Positions 21,301 to 28,796 of a DNA stretch of 64,000 nucleotides are shown here, one piece after another. The stretch's first letter is position 1. Every line of letters begins with the position of its first letter. The notes beneath the pieces are model-generated. The model worked only from the letters and a program-made list of their open reading frames with translations, ran no database searches and had not been told where the DNA came from. The position numbers and the translations under genes are program-made. This stretch comes from Limisphaerales bacterium (lineage in GTDB: Bacteria; Verrucomicrobiota; Verrucomicrobiia; Limisphaerales; SIBE01), in the NCBI GenBank assembly GCA_044225505.1, contig JBGAIN010000021.1, forward strand, positions 1-64,000, written 5' to 3'.

Positions 21301-22308
21301 GCGGAAGGAGCTCTGGTTGAGGAAGCCGCTTATTATCCCTTCGGCGGAGCACGCAACGAGTATCGACCCCGGAATACAGAGGAGTTCTACAAATTCATTC
21401 AAAAGGAGCGTGACCGCGAGAGCGGGTTGGACTATGTGGAGGCAAGGTTCTTGTCGAGCGTGGTCGGAAGATTCCTGTCGGTTGATCCCAAATATGCGAA
21501 TATCGAAGCCTCAACCGCCGATCCGCAGCAACTGAACTTGTACGCTTACGCTCGCAACAATCCCATCCTCTATGTCGATTCGACGGGGCTCGATTTCGGT
21601 ATCCCCGAGTTGGCAGAATCGCTCGACGAAATTGACTTTGACTTGACCGCGAAAGTCGTCGGAGAAGCACTTGGCAGCACGTGGGTTGGAGCCGCGATCA
21701 AGGCCCCGCCCGGGGTGAGCGATGTCGCTAGTTTTTCTGGTGGCTTTGGCGACGCGATTATCGACCCGATGGCCAAGTTTGCGGGAGTTCAGGACCTTGG
21801 CATGGGCTTTGGTCGCTTTACGCGTATGGCGTTTGGCATCAATAGTGTAAATACGTCTTCGCCTGACTACCACGGTGGCCATGCCCTTTCGACGATGCTC
21901 CAGTTCGCCGTCGGGATCGGGGAAGCCAAGGCTGCCGTCGGCGCGGGAGAGTTGGTGGCTGCAAAAAACACGTCATCCGCGGCATTTGAAAGTACCGTGC
22001 GGGCCGCGGCAGGACCGACCGCGCTGGGGAAGACCGCTGTCCCTGGCGCCTTGGCAAAAACCGAACCAGCGCTCGTTTCGAAGAGTGCGGGAACCTTTGC
22101 TTCCGTGAGCGGCGACGCAGCTCGCGCCGCGTCGATCGCGGGCCAGCGTCTCGACGCTTACAAAGCAATCTTGGCCGAAACCCAAAGGAATACCCGAGTA
22201 TTGGTGCCGCACGGGCTGCATCCCAGCCTGGCGCTCAGGATGGCATTCAATCAGGCCGATGCTATCTGGGTTTCCCGGACTGGATTGCCGCCTCCGGGAG
22301 CCCTCTGA
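15310..22308 (+). CDS. Fused SpvB/TcB-type + RHS/YD-repeat (TcC-type) protein with RHS core and C-terminal cargo
   Basis: ISVPKGPGSVEGLGESFQPSLNTGTA and GNGSLGYGWSLS (SpvB), DLNADG/DMDGDG/DINGDG FG-GAP repeats, YHDGYYDPIEKQFRGFG (TcB middle), YD repeats, YYHQDHLGS...ERDRESGLDY...GRFLSVDP...NLYAYARNNPILYVDSTG. GTG 15310 lies just after the upstream stop and gives a signal peptide (LLLLSQFLAGCLWA|A). Confidence 0.92.
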   Translation: MVNRRRDSRRFKCSRLGFHWSLLLLSQFLAGCLWAADKNGVSPNAISVPKGPGSVEGLGESFQPSLNTGTAGTGFSLQMPPGVGGHQPALRFRYEGGGGNGSLGYGWSLSLPRIQRRTDKGIPTYGQVVGIERPDTFINEMKEELVPQADGFFFCENEGAFIRYRQVKDHWEGTLPNGTKLEFGVSASGRIEESTSNRTFCWMLQRETDTHGNTIEYVYDAFPNEANLNQKYLTLVRYGPGSAPWSRFHFAVFDYEDRPDWFEDGRSGFLIRTGKRLKRVVIGTQGADLPGHLAGDFDRDGFQDFLNRRYELSYLRYAGADSHWSLLERITLVGADGTSALPPATYSYAVSDPPSEISAGDHLWSSLNEPAAVMDNSLVELIDLNADGLPDLLRTDSGGGAHSASVNLGPGQAGGRPVVRWAAPVAVDPGDGAAWNFDLGSTQTHLADMDGDGLADLVHTSADNAVFFFANRGKLSWGTRQDMAVQDSLPPAPFGRQDVRTADIDFDKRIDIIQSIDVGGAVAYRVWFNLEKQQYSPPFTVTSETGSSFALSGVHLADCNGDRVPDIASVQATSVRVGAGLGYARFAESRRIPLPDITLDEFQIAQAKLIDINGDGLADLVLERATPGECWFWINLGNYSLSLRKRVIGLPPAWSVNTAVRWADLNGNGTTDLIYADSLAVSRLQMIDLGELINHGLVPNLLTRIENGIGRMTSIEYASSTQFALEDAVAGTPWTKPLPFPIAVVAGVRLSDSLGHEYLTRFRYHDGYYDPIEKQFRGFGRAEQIDVGDPTAPTLVTRSFFDTGETFEAMKGKLLRVTVGQEDGKVFSDTTITYTSPPVSLMTGTNGQKVTYVHPTGQRKRLTELGQGTERTFESEVAYDHYGNIIRQADYGVVEGTNRLAFHDERISVFEYALNFDNWMLRAVKRAEVQAESGAVISRTETYFDDETFSGSNFGQISVGNVTLTRVWIDPSKPDAFIDSVRAQYDKFGNAILTLDPLAVAPGGAVDRARGHVREILFDEDFHTYATQEIVHIGEGRDALLFRAKYDFGLATMLQSSDFNENQSGYAYDAFARQTKFIKPGDSPEFPSAEYDYSLAVPVPLPPERGTQGGGIVNFVESRQLDKLPGSAGPNKRDHYLISRAFTDGLGRPLMSKQEAEPAAGSAVPRVVISGAVVFNARQKPKSTLNPCFSLKPGETLDQLLDFESVEAPGWRGTFELNGQLTALDLTAAHQTSVSYDATLRPVKTVNPDGTFSRTVYEPLITRAYDENDTDAASPYFDTPLRSVSDGLGRLVRVEETARLNDDGSRSPEVKVWSTVYDYDLNDNLIRITDAQGNVKTMEYDSLKRKISMRDPDCGTTFNTYDAASNLMETTDAKGQRITFTYDGANRKLTEDFHDDNSTEFSYHRTPDVVYHYDTPAPSFDPGDGTFATAHNTKGMLAYVEDATGDEHTSFNARGNVEWTVKRIVDPRLPPASGLRNPSGLISFRTALEYDASDRVTAITYPDGDQLAYEYNARGTVQSVSGGPSGRILGAIQYLPSGQQSQVDYGNGVRSTSAYDSRLRLTSLVTRHPSHDTPLINFGYDFDSVSNVRRIEDRRPISFLPVNDPRRNTQTFSYDDLYRLTRVQYNSPSPSTSNGGELNYRYDRIGNMLEQASNIAHLEKGVSVTDLGTMSFGGSDGSANRTGRQPGDPPGPHALTSARSSTSEVRQYPYDANGSVTKVDGLHCTWDFKNRLVTVEDDTTRADYRYDHSDRRITKCVTGKQHTADQTPLTTLYVTKSFEVRDHDQPIKYVFHGGTRVARVSGSLSSRRRTQRIRVYAGWNLIALAVTAPTALRQLSHVPVGQEDVIQSVFRWDPATRIWHAVAPEDTMPAGTVLWVRASTPFVLSVTGTFSDTPNQSVGAGGYFVPNPSFEVVPLLGDRAAIGPEFAMWHFDAASQRWQARLPSIPDFDPDFPDFLAAGAAVFIGTEVPAELTLPDRALQVRYYHQDHLGSSSAITDAEGALVEEAAYYPFGGARNEYRPRNTEEFYKFIQKERDRESGLDYVEARFLSSVVGRFLSVDPKYANIEASTADPQQLNLYAYARNNPILYVDSTGLDFGIPELAESLDEIDFDLTAKVVGEALGSTWVGAAIKAPPGVSDVASFSGGFGDAIIDPMAKFAGVQDLGMGFGRFTRMAFGINSVNTSSPDYHGGHALSTMLQFAVGIGEAKAAVGAGELVAAKNTSSAAFESTVRAAAGPTALGKTAVPGALAKTEPALVSKSAGTFASVSGDAARAASIAGQRLDAYKAILAETQRNTRVLVPHGLHPSLALRMAFNQADAIWVSRTGLPPPGAL

Positions 22309-22371
22309 CCGAACATCGCGAAACCTTTGGGCTGACTATCCTACTTTTCGCTGATAGACCTTAAGCGTGGC

Positions 22372-25300
22372 ATGAGCGATGCCCCCAATCAGGAGATAAT
22401 CGTTTTCAACGAGGCGCTCCAATTGCCGGTCACGGAACGGGGCGATTACCTTGACAGAGCCTGTTCCGGCGATGCGGAACTGCGGCGACGTGTGGACATT
22501 CTCCTCCGAGCTCATGTCCAAGCGGGGGATTTCTTGGAAGAACCTCCCACCGCGATTCCTTCCTGGCGGGACTCTGGGCGCGCTTCGGCATCGAGCATGG
22601 CGTCGGTCCTTTCTATCGCTGAGCAGCCGGGCGATCGGATCGGCCGGTATAAACTTTTGCAGCAAATCGGAGAAGGCGGATGTGGGGTCGTCTACATGGC
22701 GGAGCAAGAAGAGCCAGTCCGGCGACGGGTGGCGCTCAAAGTCATTAAGCTCGGAATGGACACCAAGAACGTCATCGCACGGTTTGAAGCCGAGCGGCAG
22801 GCGCTGGCCCTCATGGACCATCCGAACATCGCACGGGTCTTGGATGCCGGAGCAACGGACACGGGACGTCCCTTTTTTGTGATGGAACTGGTGCGGGGCT
22901 CAAAGATCACGGATTACTGCGACCAGAACGACTTGTCCATTCGGGAGCGGCTCGACCTGTTTATTTTCGTCTGCCGCGCTGTGCAACATGCGCATCAAAA
23001 GGGGGTGATTCATCGGGACATAAAACCCTCGAACATCCTCATCACCGTTAACGACGGATCGCCAGTTCCCAAAGTCATTGATTTTGGAATTGCAAAGGCA
23101 ACGCAAGGCCGTTTGATCGATCAAACGTTCTTCACGGCTTTCGAACAGTTCATCGGGACGCCCGCTTACATGAGTCCCGAACAGTCGATTTTAACCAGCG
23201 TCGATATCGACACCCGCACGGACATTTACAGCCTCGGGGTGCTACTCTACGAATTGCTGACTGGCCAGCCTCCTTTTCCGCAAAAGGAGTTGCTCGCGAC
23301 TGGGCTCGAAGAGATGCGCCGAATCATTCGGGAAAAGGAGCCAATGAGACCGAGCACTCGGCTGAGCCAGGCGGCAAAAGCAATGGCGCCTGGCCCTCCG
23401 GGTCGTCGGGAGCCCAAACAACTGGAACGTCTGATTCCTCTTCTCCAGGGCGATCTCGATTGGATTGTCATGAAATGTCTGGAAAAAGACCGGGCACGGC
23501 GGTACGACACGGCCAACGGTCTAGCGATGGAGTTGCAGCGATTCTTAGCCAACGAGCCTGTCGTGGCTCGGCCCCCCAGCAGACTCTACCTGCTGCAGAA
23601 ACTTTTTCGACGTCACAAGCTTTTCTTCGTTACGGGCGGGGCCGTCCTGGCCGCACTGGTTACGGGGCTCGCTTTGTCCACCTGGCAGTACCAGGCTAAA
23701 AGCCGTGCGGAACGGGAGCAGAACTCTATGCGGGTTCGAGCTGAGGCCGCCGAACGACGCGTGCGCGAGCAGCTTTATACCGCGCTGCTCGAACAGGCGC
23801 GAGCTACAGTCCGGAGCGGTGAATTAGGGCAGAGGGTGCGCACTCTGGATGCCGTGCAGCGAGCGGGCACGATTTCCAATTCCGTCGCGCTCCGGCAGGT
23901 GGCCGTGGCGGCCATGGCCCTGCCGGATATGCGCCTGGAGAGGGAGATAAGTTTCGTCCAGGATGAAGGCGGCCGTGAATGTGATCCAGCGTTGGAGCGC
24001 TACGCCGTATGTGTGAACAAAGGCTCAGTCGAGGTCCGGGCGATTGTGGACAATCATCTTCTGGCCAACTTGCCACCGGTCAGTGATCATCTGGGCCATG
24101 TCAAACGTTGGAGTCACGACGGCCGCTATCTGGCGATAAAGCGTGATCTGGTTGCCACTGGCGATCGCGGCGACGTTGAAGTCTGGGACATGGTTTCGAT
24201 CCGGCGCGTGCTGGACCTGCGGGATTGCGCGACAGACGCGGCGGTTGCCTTTCATCCAGCGGGTCGACACTTTGCTGTGGGGCAGTTGGATGGAGGCGTT
24301 CGCGTTTGGGACTTGGAAACCGGACGCGAGGTTCGTCAAATTCGGCTGCCAGGAACACTCGCTTCGTTGTCGTTTTCTCCGGATGGGACCCTTTTGGCCG
24401 CTCCGTGCAGCCAGTCCGCCAGTAACATGGTCGGGTTCGTCAACTGGGACACCGGGGAACTGAAAGCGGTTTTGCCGTCTGCCAGTCCGGTTGTGCAAGT
24501 GGCGTGGCGGCCTGGTCAGTCGCGAGTGGCGATTCCGGATCTGGATAGCAACGTGCGCTTGGTGGACCCGACAACGGGGGAAAGCAAGACCCTTGGCCGT
24601 CATAAGGCCGAAGCTGTCCATGTCGCATTCAGTCCAGATGGAGCTTACCTGATTAGCGGCGGGTGGGAGAGGGAACTGATCTGCTGGGAGATGACCACCC
24701 TGCAGCGCGCCTTCACCATGGGCCTCAATTCGGAGCGGGTCCAGTTCAGCCGCAATGGTCGAAAATGCGCCGTGCATACCACCGACCGTCTCCAGATTTA
24801 CGAGTTCGTCGAGCCGAGCGCATGCCGCGAGTTATCTGCGGATCTTGGACAAAGCGTTTTCTTTGGCAGATTCTCGCCGGACGGGCAGTGGTTCGCTGCC
24901 GGCGGCTCGAAGTTCATTGGCGTCTGGGATTTGACGTCCCCAGGATCAGCAGCTCTGCTGCCGAGTGACACGGTTCGTTTTCCATTTTTTTCCACCGATG
25001 CTTCCGATATCTACGCACACGGATCGGGCGCCCTGCAGCGGTGGCACCTGAGGCGTGGCGAGGGTGCGGAGCCGCCAGTGCTGACGGCACAGGCTATGGC
25101 AGTCCCCGATGAAGTTCTGCAGGCCACGGCTCTCTCGAACGAACTGGTGATGTTCTGTCCGGACGGCGTCCGGTTCATGCCCTTAGGAAATACAAATGTC
25201 GCAAGCATTCGGCATTTGGAGATGCCCGGTATCGCCAGCTTGGCCTCCCCGGACGAACGGTGGCTCGGTGTCATGTATCGATGGTCTCCGGCATTGTCCA

Positions 25301-25728
25301 TGTTGCGGCTGCCGGAAGTCACACTCGCAGCGACTCTAACGAATCGAGCGAATGTAGGAGGCTTTAGTTTTTCTCCGAATGGCGAAGAGTTGGTTGTTGT
25401 CACGGAGCGAGGGCTTGAGTGTTACGAAACGGTGCACTGGCAGCGCACGCGCGAGTTGCCGATCCGCTGCGAAGCATTCGCCCGTGTTCATTTTATGCCC
25501 GACGGCCAGCGCTTTTGGCTGAATAGCGACGGTCGCAACTCCACTTTCCGAGACGCGCGCTCATTTGAAGTCTTGCTGTCGCTGCCGGAGGGAACGATGG
25601 TGTTGGGAATCAGCCCAAACGGGCGCCATCTGGCAGTAAGTGTCGATCTGCGCCGCGTGCAGTTATGGGATCTCGAGCGAGTGGAGGAACACCTTCGCGC
25701 GCTCGGCGTGCCGACACCGCGAAGGTGA
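22372..25728 (+). CDS. Hanks-type Ser/Thr protein kinase with TM segment and WD40 repeats
   Basis: IGEGGCGVVY, VALKVIK, HRDIKPSN, DFGIAK, GTPAYMSPEQ, DIYSLG; TM helix; multiple (A/S)FSPDG...WD repeats. Confidence 0.95.
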   Translation: MSDAPNQEIIVFNEALQLPVTERGDYLDRACSGDAELRRRVDILLRAHVQAGDFLEEPPTAIPSWRDSGRASASSMASVLSIAEQPGDRIGRYKLLQQIGEGGCGVVYMAEQEEPVRRRVALKVIKLGMDTKNVIARFEAERQALALMDHPNIARVLDAGATDTGRPFFVMELVRGSKITDYCDQNDLSIRERLDLFIFVCRAVQHAHQKGVIHRDIKPSNILITVNDGSPVPKVIDFGIAKATQGRLIDQTFFTAFEQFIGTPAYMSPEQSILTSVDIDTRTDIYSLGVLLYELLTGQPPFPQKELLATGLEEMRRIIREKEPMRPSTRLSQAAKAMAPGPPGRREPKQLERLIPLLQGDLDWIVMKCLEKDRARRYDTANGLAMELQRFLANEPVVARPPSRLYLLQKLFRRHKLFFVTGGAVLAALVTGLALSTWQYQAKSRAEREQNSMRVRAEAAERRVREQLYTALLEQARATVRSGELGQRVRTLDAVQRAGTISNSVALRQVAVAAMALPDMRLEREISFVQDEGGRECDPALERYAVCVNKGSVEVRAIVDNHLLANLPPVSDHLGHVKRWSHDGRYLAIKRDLVATGDRGDVEVWDMVSIRRVLDLRDCATDAAVAFHPAGRHFAVGQLDGGVRVWDLETGREVRQIRLPGTLASLSFSPDGTLLAAPCSQSASNMVGFVNWDTGELKAVLPSASPVVQVAWRPGQSRVAIPDLDSNVRLVDPTTGESKTLGRHKAEAVHVAFSPDGAYLISGGWERELICWEMTTLQRAFTMGLNSERVQFSRNGRKCAVHTTDRLQIYEFVEPSACRELSADLGQSVFFGRFSPDGQWFAAGGSKFIGVWDLTSPGSAALLPSDTVRFPFFSTDASDIYAHGSGALQRWHLRRGEGAEPPVLTAQAMAVPDEVLQATALSNELVMFCPDGVRFMPLGNTNVASIRHLEMPGIASLASPDERWLGVMYRWSPALSMLRLPEVTLAATLTNRANVGGFSFSPNGEELVVVTERGLECYETVHWQRTRELPIRCEAFARVHFMPDGQRFWLNSDGRNSTFRDARSFEVLLSLPEGTMVLGISPNGRHLAVSVDLRRVQLWDLERVEEHLRALGVPTPRR

Positions 25729-25922
25729 CACAAGGCGACACACCCAACCCTTTGGTTCAACACTGGGCAACAAGATTCTCCGGCGCGACCCGCTCAGTCC
25801 GTAGGCCCGGCAGAGTGTTCACCATGCCACTGGTGGTCGCGAATTCCGCGAGCGGGTGTAGGTGGTTTGACAATCGACCCGCTTTCGTCAACATTCAAAC
25901 AGTCTGGACGCTGGTTCCTGGT

Positions 25923-26549
25923 ATGAGCGATGGAGCCCTAACCCTGCAGACGATTGAGGCTGGCGATGCCAAAACAGCGGAAGAACTCCTGCCGCTGGTT
26001 TATGAGCAATTGCGCCAGCTAGCCAGCCACCGCATGGCCAAAGAATCCGAGGGACATACTCTTCAACCCACGGCTCTGGTGCACGAAGTCTGGCTTCGGT
26101 TTGCAGCTGACCGTCAGAAGAAGTTCCAGAATCGCGCCCATTTCTTTTCCGTCGCAGCCGAGGCAATGCGGCGGATTCTTATCGATCGCGCCCGTCAAAA
26201 ACGCGCATTGCGCCATGGCGGCTCTCAGCAACGCGTCGCTTACGAGGAGATGAAGTTGGCTTCACCGGAAAACGATGATCAACTGCTCGCCATCAATGAT
26301 GCCTTACAAAAGCTCGCCGCCGAACATCCGGTTGAAGCCCAGGTCGTCAAACTCCGCTACTTTGTGGGAATGACCCACGACGAAGTGGCTGCTGCTCTCG
26401 ACATCGCGCCGCGGACCGCCAAGTACTACTGGACGCATGCCCGCGCCTGGCTTTACCACGCTATCGCAGGTTCCGTTGGTCAGACGACCCCGGAACCATC
26501 TCGCCCCCTTAAGGACGGACGCGACGCTTTGCGTAGTGGGAGCCGATGA
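25923..26549 (+). CDS. ECF sigma factor, TIGR02999-like (kinase-associated)
   Basis: LLPLVYEQLRQLA, HTLQPTALVHE, NRAHFF..AAEAMRRILID.AR, VVKLRYFVGMT..EVA..L, ARAWL. ATG 25923. Confidence 0.93.
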   Translation: MSDGALTLQTIEAGDAKTAEELLPLVYEQLRQLASHRMAKESEGHTLQPTALVHEVWLRFAADRQKKFQNRAHFFSVAAEAMRRILIDRARQKRALRHGGSQQRVAYEEMKLASPENDDQLLAINDALQKLAAEHPVEAQVVKLRYFVGMTHDEVAAALDIAPRTAKYYWTHARAWLYHAIAGSVGQTTPEPSRPLKDGRDALRSGSR

Positions 26550-26806
26550 TGGGTCGAGATGCGTGTTGCGCCTCGTGTCCGAGAGTCAGTCAGCGGCGTT
26601 TGAGAGGATTGGTGTCGGGTTATATTGGCGCGACGCTTCCTTCGACATGAACCAAAATTAGGTGGGGCATTCTTTCGCTGATGCGGCAGTGACCTCTAAC
26701 GGCTTGCACTTGATCCATGGGATTATCGCGGTGGACAGGCCAACTAAGCAAACTTCACTGCCGTGAATCTCGCGGGATAAGTCCCTGGATCGAGCGTTAC
26801 CATGGC

Positions 26807-26843
26807 GACAATTTGTCACTTTCTATGACATATTAAACTGTCA
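26807..26843. promoter_or_regulatory. Cluster of alternating TGACA/TGTCA half-sites, possible operator
   Basis: GACAA-T-TTGTC (26807-26817), TGTCA-N7-TGACA, and TGACA-N8-TGTCA in an AT-rich patch. Confidence 0.3.
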
Positions 26844-27233
26844 CCAAGCGCTCGCCGTTTTCACCGGTTTGTTTGGCAGGGAATCCTTTCATCTAAAGCC
26901 CAGTTAACCCAGACGTGAATTCGCCCTGAAATACCGGCCAACGTTTCATGGACAACCACCGTGTTCGGATCCGGCCTGGCGCGGACAAAAGGGTAGCGCA
27001 TCTGTTCTGCACCCGTCGTGCTATCCGTGATGTGGTCCAGTTTGATCAAGAACGCGCCTGGACTCATGCATCGCGAGGTCATGATCTAAGTCGGAGTGCA
27101 CCACCCAGGAACACTTGGCGTTTACCCAGAGCGCTTTTCACCCGGTCTTAGCTGCAACCTTTCGGCCGCAGTTCCCCTGTAGAACATGAACGTACGAAAT
27201 TAGCCCATCGGGACGTTGAGGAAACGACTTGCT

Positions 27234-28796
27234 ATGAAAAGCACGATGATTGACAAGGCGAACGGTTGGAGCCGGATTAAGGCGGACTTTGGCGGAACGA
27301 ATACCAGAAATTGGAGGTCCAGAGTCTATGTGATTCTACTATTGATGGGTGCCAGCGTGTTGCTGGTCCACTCCGAGGCCAACTCGCCGGCGATCAACTA
27401 CTCCACTTACTTAGGCGGGCCGGATTTCGACGATAGCGCGACTGGCGTGGCCGTCGATGCCGCCGGAAACATTTACATATCGGGCATCTCGGAATCACCT
27501 GATTTTCCGGTGACCACGCCGGTGACGGGGACGTTCGCGTGGGGAAAATCCGCTTACGTGGCTAAATTCTCGTCGGATGGAGCTTTGCTCTATTCGACCT
27601 ATATTCCTGGAACTTGTGGTGGTGTGGCCAAGGCCATTGCTGTGGATGCACAAGGCAATGCCTACATCACCGGCAACGCTGGCTATTGTTGGCCCGACAG
27701 CGGTGGACTCCCTCGCGGGGTACTTGTGGCTAAACTGGATCCCAATGGCGTTCCGATTTACGTCTTTTCGTTTGGAGCAAGTTTTGGAGACTCATCCGAG
27801 GGAAAAGCCATTGCTGTGGATGGCGGCGGATCCGCTTATATCACTGGCAACACGACCGCTGGATCAGAGTTTCCCGTCACTCCAGGTGCGTTTCAAACCA
27901 GCCCGTGCGGCGGTTTACTCACGGACGGTTTTGTGGCAAAGGTCAATCCGTTCGGCAATGGGCTGGAATACTGCAGTTACCTTTGCGGCACTAGCTACGA
28001 GGCGATGAAGGCGATTGGCGTTGATGCAGAGGGAAACGCCTTTGTTGCGGGAAATACCTGGTCTCACGACTTCCCAGTAGTGAATGCGTTTCAGGCGCAA
28101 CATCCTGGAGATGCCCTCACGGACGCAGGGTTTCTATGCAAGGTAAACCCAAGCGGGACAAAGCTGGAATATTCGACATACTTCGCAGGTAGCTTTGGCG
28201 GGTGTGTCATTAATGCGATCGCTGTGGATCCGGCAGGGAATGCGTTCATTACCGGCGAGAGTGCGGGAGGTAAACTGCTAACAACCGCAGGCGTAGCGCA
28301 ACCGACTCCACCCTTCGCCAACTGCTGGGGCGCTCTCTGCGGCGACGCGTATGTCGCCAAGTTCAACCCGGCCGGTTCACTCCTCTTCTCAACATTCCTG
28401 GCGGGAGAGCAAGACGACAGTGGAAAGGGAATTGCACTGGACGCGGAAGGCAATATCTACGTGACCGGAGCAACTCGGTCCCTTTACTTTCCCGTTCTCG
28501 ACGCATTCCAACTCGAACCGAGAGGGTGGACAGATATTTTCGTTGCTAAACTGAATCGCGATGCGACGCGTATTTTGTTTTCATCATACTTGGGTGGTGG
28601 AAAGATGAACGATGATGAATCGTCGCCCGATGCGTCGAATCGCGTCACTGGAATCGCGGTCGATTCCGAAGGATACATTTGCCTGGCGGGTTCGAGGAGT
28701 TTGCAGGCCCATGTCGTTATTGCTGAGCGCCAAGGCCAGGTTCTTCTCCGTTGCTTGAACCGTCCGGTTTTTGCCGACCTGGCAGGTCCAGGGTGA
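27234..28796 (+). CDS. SBBP-repeat beta-propeller secreted protein, probably C-terminally truncated
   Basis: Repeated YSTYLGG...(G/A)IAVD..GN.YITG.T...FP units. The last repeat breaks after YICLAGS and reads into the antisense of the convergent kinase gene. Confidence 0.8.
   Translation: MKSTMIDKANGWSRIKADFGGTNTRNWRSRVYVILLLMGASVLLVHSEANSPAINYSTYLGGPDFDDSATGVAVDAAGNIYISGISESPDFPVTTPVTGTFAWGKSAYVAKFSSDGALLYSTYIPGTCGGVAKAIAVDAQGNAYITGNAGYCWPDSGGLPRGVLVAKLDPNGVPIYVFSFGASFGDSSEGKAIAVDGGGSAYITGNTTAGSEFPVTPGAFQTSPCGGLLTDGFVAKVNPFGNGLEYCSYLCGTSYEAMKAIGVDAEGNAFVAGNTWSHDFPVVNAFQAQHPGDALTDAGFLCKVNPSGTKLEYSTYFAGSFGGCVINAIAVDPAGNAFITGESAGGKLLTTAGVAQPTPPFANCWGALCGDAYVAKFNPAGSLLFSTFLAGEQDDSGKGIALDAEGNIYVTGATRSLYFPVLDAFQLEPRGWTDIFVAKLNRDATRILFSSYLGGGKMNDDESSPDASNRVTGIAVDSEGYICLAGSRSLQAHVVIAERQGQVLLRCLNRPVFADLAGPG

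Noticed and set aside
15310..22308. T6SS- or CDI-delivered Rhs toxin
   Set aside because: No PAAR, VgrG, Hcp or CdiB genes, and no immunity ORF. The N-terminus is SpvB/TcB-type with a signal peptide.
22336..22821. Minus-strand 161-aa ORF as a possible immunity gene
   Set aside because: It is the antisense shadow of the conserved kinase N-terminus.
25665..25922. N-terminal extension on the ECF sigma factor
   Set aside because: It overlaps the kinase end and has no domain-like character. The family-like sequence begins at ATG 25923.
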